Origin: an uncultured Candidatus Saccharibacteria bacterium
Lineage (GTDB): Bacteria; Patescibacteriota; Saccharimonadia; Saccharimonadales; 2-12-FULL-41-12
Assembly: GCA_964521095.1 (NCBI GenBank)
Contig: CAZFPJ010000001.1
Location: 38,974 to 102,973 of the forward strand
DNA: 64,000 nt
Reading direction: 5' to 3'
Shown: one piece after another, positions 59,049 to 64,000 of the stretch
Numbering within the stretch: position 1 is the first letter of the stretch
Layout: each line of letters starts with the position of its first letter
Made by a program: the position numbers and the translations under genes
Notes under the pieces: generated by a model
Seen by the model: only the letters and a program-made list of their open reading frames with translations
Told to the model about the DNA's origin: nothing
Databases searched by the model: none

Positions 59049-59888
59049 CTAGTCTAGCTTGGAAAAAGTCGCTCTAATAGCAACGACGGCATTGCAAAGG
59101 TCAGACAAGGCTTCTGTTTTGTCTTTGTCTGGAGGGCAGATAGCCTGGACTCTGGGTAGATCCCCTGTATCTTCCGATAGAGTAGGTAGTTCAAAATAAG
59201 ATGCCTCGGCTTCGGTTTCGGACCCAAAGTCGCTGGCTGTAACTGTACGCGTAACGCAGTCCATATGGTATGTAGACTCGACTGCACAAAAGCCAGCTCT
59301 CAAGAATATTGCATGATAATAAGTAGCTTCTTGCCCAACTCGTTCTCGGGCTAGCGTACCAGCTTGTTCCAGCAGGCTGTTGATCCGTTCGTCATCGTTT
59401 ATTAGGTCGTCACCCACGAGGTTGTGGTTGCGAGCATCCCACAATATAGAAAACAGCTCTTCGTAACCCTCTTGATCCCCGATTGCCATTGCATCAAAGT
59501 CTATCATTTTTGCCCACTCGGCGTTAAATTGCACTTTTGCGATACCCGGAATCTCTTCATCTGTCTCTTCTAGGTTGACATTGACTGTCAGTATCTCAAC
59601 CTCTGCGTCGCCATTTTTGACCCCAAAACTTTGCTTATAAATAACGGGGGTAATCACTTTGCCATCTTTTGCGTCTTCTAGGTTGGCATAATCTAGGTCA
59701 AAGGTAGACTCTGTTTGCACAAAATACCCTCCCAGCATGTCGCCTCGCTGGCCTATAAAATTATAATGTTTGTCGGTGTATCGGCTGGGGTTTTGGTCGG
59801 GTATACGAGCCTCAATAATACTGCTATGAAGCTTTTCGGTTGCTAGTTGCATCAAGAACTCAATATCTGATTCGGGATACCTGTCCAT
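59049..59888 (-). CDS. hypothetical acidic protein
   Basis: 279 aa from the ATG at 59888. No recognisable domain. Promoter TTGATT-17-TATAAT, with the -10 box ending 6 nt before the ATG. Confidence 0.6.
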   Translation of the reverse strand: MDRYPESDIEFLMQLATEKLHSSIIEARIPDQNPSRYTDKHYNFIGQRGDMLGGYFVQTESTFDLDYANLEDAKDGKVITPVIYKQSFGVKNGDAEVEILTVNVNLEETDEEIPGIAKVQFNAEWAKMIDFDAMAIGDQEGYEELFSILWDARNHNLVGDDLINDDERINSLLEQAGTLARERVGQEATYYHAIFLRAGFCAVESTYHMDCVTRTVTASDFGSETEAEASYFELPTLSEDTGDLPRVQAICPPDKDKTEALSDLCNAVVAIRATFSKLD

Positions 59889-59894
59889 TAGTAT

Positions 59895-59923
59895 ATTATA
59901 GCACAACCAATAAAATTAATCAA
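59895..59923 (-). promoter_or_regulatory. promoter implying a leaderless mRNA
   Basis: On the minus strand: TTGATT (59923-59918), 17-nt spacer, TATAAT (59900-59895), then ATACTA and the ATG. Confidence 0.55.
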
Positions 59924-59959
59924 CCAGGTAGGGAAGCGCAAAACTAGGCTTTTGCGGGA

Positions 59960-60247
59960 TTATTTTTTATTTTTGACCAGACGGATAATCCCAGAGGATA
60001 CGAGGCCTAAAACACCAAGCGGTATTGTATAAAACGCCACCCACCCAAAGGTAAACATAGTGTAGACTAGTTGCCCCATGGTCGTGTCCCCAATTTTGCA
60101 CGAGTCGCCCCCTGCATATCCAGAACTACAATTTAGTAAATTAGATAACAAATTAGACAATATTAATGAGAGGATAGGGAGCAAAATAATAGCCAAGCTC
60201 ATCCAAAACAGCCATTTATTTTTGCTAAACTTACTTTCAGTCTTCAT
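59960..60247 (-). CDS. hypothetical membrane protein (3 TM)
   Basis: 95 aa with hydrophobic segments WLFWMSLAIILLPILSLILSNLL and FGWVAFYTIPLGVLGLVSSGII. Confidence 0.6.
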   Translation of the reverse strand: MKTESKFSKNKWLFWMSLAIILLPILSLILSNLLSNLLNCSSGYAGGDSCKIGDTTMGQLVYTMFTFGWVAFYTIPLGVLGLVSSGIIRLVKNKK

Positions 60248-60324
60248 AACTTTAGAATTGTATACTTAGCAAGAATAGATAGCAATCGTAGCTTTAGTTT
60301 GGGTGAGTGTGGACATAAGGGGTC

Positions 60325-60672
60325 TTACAGTGATTCAAGAAACTGTTTTAATACAACCGCGTGGTTTGCTTTGGGGTCTTTTGCTCCGTACAGTAGCGTC
60401 AGTCTGTCATTGCCTTTTACTCGGTCGAGTAGTTTTTGAGGCTCGGCGCTGGTTGTTAGCTCGCTTTGGTACTGCATGGCAAACTCTTCAAATCTTGCTG
60501 GATCGTGGCCAAACCAACGGCGCAGATCGGTGCTCGGCGCTACAGCTTTGCACCACTCATCAAGCGTTGCCACCTCTTTTTTGACGCCACGGGGCCACAA
60601 ACGATCAACTAGTACACGATACCCATCATCTCCGGTGGGCTTATCGTAAACGCGCTTAACAACTATATCCAT
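60325..60672 (-). CDS. DUF488 (YeaO-like) family protein
   Basis: MDIVVKRVYDKPTGDDGYRVLVDRLWPRGVKKE...WCKAVAPSTDLRRWFGHDP is the typical DUF488 signature. The ATG at 60672 is preferred. Confidence 0.85.
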   Translation of the reverse strand: MDIVVKRVYDKPTGDDGYRVLVDRLWPRGVKKEVATLDEWCKAVAPSTDLRRWFGHDPARFEEFAMQYQSELTTSAEPQKLLDRVKGNDRLTLLYGAKDPKANHAVVLKQFLESL

Positions 60673-60770
60673 ACTAACTAGTATACTCCCCATGTTCGCA
60701 AAAGTTCTCCGCATACTAAAGCAAATAACTAGCACGCAGGGCTCGATGAAGATGTTTTATTTAGGCCCTC

Positions 60771-61145
60771 TCATTTAGTATATTTTTTAATTCGCGAGCT
60801 GTCTTCACGGCTTTTGTTGTTTTTTGAATACAGCTCAACAAGTAGGATCTTATCGTTTTGGCGAATTGCGACAAACACGATGCGTAGTTTTTGGCGGTAT
60901 TGTGGCGAGTCGGTATCAAGACGCATTTTGATTATCTCGATCTCATCGGTCGACCCAGGCAATATGGCAGCTTTTTTGCTAGCAAAAAACTGTTTGCGGT
61001 ATTCCGCCAGATTATACTCTGGCGATTTTATGTATAGCGCCTCTACCTTCGAACGCACACGCTTAACATCTGACTGTATAGTCGGTACGCGCTTGGCTAG
61101 TGCTTTGATATCTTTTTTGAATTCTGGTGTCTGCTCAAAGTTCAT
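60771..61145 (-). CDS. putative toxin, RelE/ParE-superfamily-like
   Basis: 124 aa. Overlaps the upstream antitoxin-like gene by 11 nt. C-terminal LRIVFVAIRQNDKILLVELYSKNNKSRED resembles RelE/HigB-type toxins. Confidence 0.6.
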   Translation of the reverse strand: MNFEQTPEFKKDIKALAKRVPTIQSDVKRVRSKVEALYIKSPEYNLAEYRKQFFASKKAAILPGSTDEIEIIKMRLDTDSPQYRQKLRIVFVAIRQNDKILLVELYSKNNKSREDSSRIKKYTK

Positions 61146-61923
61146 CGTCCGGCTCGGTCACGGCGGTAGCAGTAGTTCGGTAAAAGGTATCGCGGTAATC
61201 AATCGGCTGGCCCTGCTTGGCCACAACCCACGGCGTGTCCTGGTGTGACAGCTCACTTAGTTCACTGGCAGACTTGTCACCCAGCTCGGCCAATGTGTTA
61301 TCAATATGGCGCAGCTCATCTGCTCCTAGCTCACTTAGTGTCGTCGTCTTGAGCGGTAGATACTTCCTCTGTATTTTTTTGAAAAACTGAGTCTCTACAA
61401 TCTCTAGCTCATGGGCAGATTCCATTCCTTTGACTACCGAGCGAAAGTCGGCTACTGGCGACGGTCCGTATTTGTTGTGAATATATGTCAGGCCGGTGAT
61501 GCTGTGGCCTGTCTTTTCGTAATAATTGAAGTCGATGAAATAAAGTAGCTTATACAGCACCGTCTCGCCGACATTTGGTTTGGCGCCGACCTTGCCAAGG
61601 ATATATAGCAACACTTGGCGGAGCTTTTCGGGCTGAAACTCTGGTGCGATATCTCGTGGAATAATCTCTGCTGTGGCAGTTCGCCGGTATTCCGCCACTG
61701 GCTCGTGGACACTGTCCATCGTACCGATATCGCCACTAATCAAATCCTCAATTCTTACACCGTAGTATTTACTAATCTGCTGCGCAACCTCGAGGTTTAG
61801 AGGACGCTTGCCAGTTTCGATACTGGCGTAGGTAGCACGAGCAATACCGATACCACTAGCAGCATCAGCCTGGCTCACGCCGGCCCTATTTCGTAGTTCT
61901 CGTATCGTCTTGGCTGTATTCAT
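61135..61923 (-). CDS. XRE-HTH + DUF4065 (Panacea/SocA-like) antitoxin
   Basis: N-terminal HTH (IRELRNRAGVSQADAASGIGIARATYASIETGKR) and a DUF4065 core (VLYKLLYFIDFNYYEKTGHSITGLTYIHNKYGPSP). The ATG at 61923 lies downstream of the promoter. Confidence 0.8.
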   Translation of the reverse strand: MNTAKTIRELRNRAGVSQADAASGIGIARATYASIETGKRPLNLEVAQQISKYYGVRIEDLISGDIGTMDSVHEPVAEYRRTATAEIIPRDIAPEFQPEKLRQVLLYILGKVGAKPNVGETVLYKLLYFIDFNYYEKTGHSITGLTYIHNKYGPSPVADFRSVVKGMESAHELEIVETQFFKKIQRKYLPLKTTTLSELGADELRHIDNTLAELGDKSASELSELSHQDTPWVVAKQGQPIDYRDTFYRTTATAVTEPDDEL

Positions 61924-61957
61924 AATGCTTGCCCACTGATTATGCTTTAATGACTTC

Positions 61958-61986
61958 ATTGTAGCTAACTCTACAAAATTAGTCAA
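61958..61986 (-). promoter_or_regulatory. promoter of the toxin-antitoxin operon
   Basis: On the minus strand: TTGACT (61986-61981), 17-nt spacer, TACAAT (61963-61958). The TTG start in the ORF track is the -35 box. Confidence 0.6.
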
Positions 61987-62177
61987 TCATACTGATACAA
62001 TGAATTTATTTTGACGCTCACCTGGCTGTTCATGAGCATGGGGAGGAGCCAGTCGCGGAGGCGAGAGAGGTTTTGAGATTGTTGGCGGTTGCGGTCGATT
62101 TCTACATATTGCGCCTTATTCTCTATTATATAGCAAGATAATCTAGGTAACCATCAATTGTACCATCTTCTTTTGGG

Positions 62178-62849
62178 TTATAAATAACCTTTCTCCGATA
62201 GCTTTGTGTACTCGGAGCTTGAAACTATAAGGTGATCTATGACATCTATTCCCATAATCTTGCCCGATTCAACTAATTTTCTAGTTGTGTAGATATCCTC
62301 TTCTGATGGTGTGGTGTCTCCTGATGGGTGATTGTGGGCTATAACGATGCCGGCAGCGTTGTTGTCCAGAGCAATTCTGAAAACCTCACGCGGCTCGACT
62401 ACTGATATGTCTAGCGCTCCGATTGAAACTATCTCACTAATTACGGATCCCTTTGTATTAATGCAGATAACTTTGAATATTTCCTTTTTCTCATACCCGA
62501 TTTCTTTTATAAGCAGATCGGCTACCTTTTCAATGTTGATGAATTCTGTTTTAGCTGAACTTAAATTATTTTTACCCGATAATATTCCCAGTTCTCTAGC
62601 TAGTTTAATACCGAAAATACTTGATTTCCCCAGTCCCTTTATCTTCATTAGGTCGATATCGCTGGCATTTATAGTCCCGTTAGCTGTTCTGAATCTTGCA
62701 ATTAACTCTTTTGCAAGTGGCTTGCAGTCTTTTCTAGGGATGCCGATGGTCAATAGCAACTCTATGATCTCATAGTCTAAAAATCCGGCGAGACCGTTAT
62801 TTAGAAACTTTTCTCGTAATCGCTTGCGATGGCCGTCATGATCAGCCAT
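62178..62849 (-). CDS. radC: RadC-family JAB/MPN domain protein
   Basis: N-terminal HhH-like region (LREKFLNNGLAGFLDYEIIELLL) and a JAMM motif (HNHPSGDTTPSEED). The ATG at 62849 lies 2 nt after the upstream stop. Confidence 0.88.
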   Translation of the reverse strand: MADHDGHRKRLREKFLNNGLAGFLDYEIIELLLTIGIPRKDCKPLAKELIARFRTANGTINASDIDLMKIKGLGKSSIFGIKLARELGILSGKNNLSSAKTEFINIEKVADLLIKEIGYEKKEIFKVICINTKGSVISEIVSIGALDISVVEPREVFRIALDNNAAGIVIAHNHPSGDTTPSEEDIYTTRKLVESGKIMGIDVIDHLIVSSSEYTKLSEKGYL

Positions 62850-62851
62850 GA

Positions 62852-64000
62852 TTATTGTCTTCTTAGTCTCTTTTTGAAATATTCTTGCGTTTCGGGATCT
62901 GTACAATAAATAAAACACCCCTTCATGCCACGAGACATAAGTACTCTATATGTATTCTTTATTATCATATTTTCCATAATATCTGCTCTTGCAGGATCCT
63001 CACGACTAAGTTTTTTAAACCCAAAAATAGACTTATCTGTAGTTGCCCTTTTCGATATGTCTGTGAACATCTTTCCTTCCCTGACACTAAGGTCATCACC
63101 AATGATTACTCCTACATAATCTAGCTCGAGACCTTGGCATGTATGGACGCAGCCAACTTCAGTTACGGATTCGGCGTGCACTATCCATGATTGTCCTTGC
63201 TCATTCAAGTTCCATCGAGCTTTATAGCTGTTTATTTCGATATCAAAGAGCTCAGGATTTTTCTTACTAATCCAATTCCAGCAATACCCAGCGAGCATAC
63301 GTGACTTATTGTTGTGCAAATTCTTCCCTTTGATTAATTCATGCATTTCTGAGGGATCATCTATAACACGAAAATCATAATCGATATCATCCAGAGTGGT
63401 GTTCGCGGTATCCCTTATTTGGAGCGCATCATCAAGCCATGCTAAATAGCCGTCTGATCCATTGCATCTAAACTGAGATTCAAGCTCATATTCACAGTAA
63501 TCTGCCTCAAAAGATTCTGCCCATTGCTTGATTACATCAACTTCGCCGATATCCTTCAGTGTTACTCTCTGATCTTCGTCAATAAAGAATATAGTGGTTT
63601 TTGCTGAATTAATTAATTCTTTAATTTGATTTTCGCCTTTGTTGTTGAATAATCCAGACCTTTCATTTAGACGCTGTGCTTCATCGACTATCAAAGCGTC
63701 GAATGTGTTTGATTCTGTTTCAGTGAATGAGCCAGAGGAGGTAAAAAGGTTAGATATTCTCGACTTTGTAAATTTACCCGTAAGCATTACCTGAAAAACC
63801 TCTCGAGGGGCAGAATTTCTCGTCACATAGTGCGTAACAAGCCCTTGTTTTGTAATTTCAGAGAGTAGGTTAATGGCAACTACCGATTTCCCGGTCCCTG
63901 GGCCGCCCTTTACTACAACAACATTTTTTACACTAGATTGTGACTTTTGTGTAAGATTCAGAGCTGTTTCATAAACAATTTTCTGAGTATCTATCAATGT
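62852..64000 (-). CDS. DUF2075-family P-loop NTPase (SF1-helicase-like), 5' end outside the window
   Basis: Walker A GGPGTGKS, Walker B ALIVDEAQRL, and the VHTCQGLELDYVGVIIG and RVLMSRGMKG blocks. The reading frame stays open to the window edge. Confidence 0.8.
   Translation of the reverse strand, partial: TLIDTQKIVYETALNLTQKSQSSVKNVVVVKGGPGTGKSVVAINLLSEITKQGLVTHYVTRNSAPREVFQVMLTGKFTKSRISNLFTSSGSFTETESNTFDALIVDEAQRLNERSGLFNNKGENQIKELINSAKTTIFFIDEDQRVTLKDIGEVDVIKQWAESFEADYCEYELESQFRCNGSDGYLAWLDDALQIRDTANTTLDDIDYDFRVIDDPSEMHELIKGKNLHNNKSRMLAGYCWNWISKKNPELFDIEINSYKARWNLNEQGQSWIVHAESVTEVGCVHTCQGLELDYVGVIIGDDLSVREGKMFTDISKRATTDKSIFGFKKLSREDPARADIMENMIIKNTYRVLMSRGMKGCFIYCTDPETQEYFKKRLRRQ

Noticed and set aside
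60303-61248. Plus-strand ORFs 60303-60584 and 60814-61248 in the DUF488/TA region, and 62332-62775 inside radC
   Set aside because: They are antisense to ORFs with clear family signatures (DUF488, DUF4065, JAB) and have no motifs of their own.
1-64000. CRISPR arrays, rRNA operons, IS elements, integrases
   Set aside because: No regularly spaced repeats, no rRNA-like sequence, and no transposase or integrase-like ORFs were seen on either strand.

Overview
This 64-kb window appears to come from a small-genome, CPR/Patescibacteria-like bacterium. It looks Saccharibacteria-like: rpmD is missing, the r-proteins are Cys-free, and the operons are compact. GC is roughly 45-52% in hand-counted core lines. 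Nothing here was computed or searched; all calls come from reading the sequence and the ORF track.

Gene content is mostly core information-processing genes:
- pepN, nusA, clpC, radA, a class-A PBP, tyrS, a SAM methyltransferase, recG, rsmD, tRNA-Leu(UAG), hisS, tig and clpP
- rpoB-rpoC and rpsL-rpsG-fusA-tuf
- an S10-spc-alpha super-operon (rpsJ to rplQ) running directly into rplM-rpsI
- trpS, an RluA/RluD-type pseudouridine synthase, holB and a TPR protein
- a tRNA cluster (Tyr-GUA, Thr-UGU, Thr-GGU) and rpmG
- a ~5-kb minus-strand accessory segment: an acidic orphan, a membrane protein, DUF488, an XRE-Panacea(DUF4065)/RelE-like toxin-antitoxin pair, RadC, and a 5'-truncated DUF2075 P-loop NTPase in visibly AT-richer DNA

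The most interesting signals:
1. Accessory genes sit inside normally invariant gene adjacencies. A LysM-CHAP secreted hydrolase and a small membrane protein lie between rpsJ and rplC. Small ORFs lie between fusA/tuf and tuf/rpsJ. A two-gene secreted-protein cassette flanked by 40-bp direct repeats lies between tig and clpP.
2. CIRCE-like (HrcA-type) operators overlap the promoters of both clpC and clpP.
3. Two tRNA loci carry duplicated fragments of the tRNA. At tRNA-Leu, a 3'-half copy is split in its T-loop by a 192-nt, hairpin-rich insert whose internal repeats show compensatory stem changes.
4. Several orphan structured intergenic RNAs are present.
5. A tightly coupled DUF2075-RadC(JAB) pair and a PanA-type TA module are candidate defence or addiction systems.
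6. The TyrRS HIGH signature reads TVGN.

No rRNA genes, CRISPR arrays, transposases or integrases were seen.
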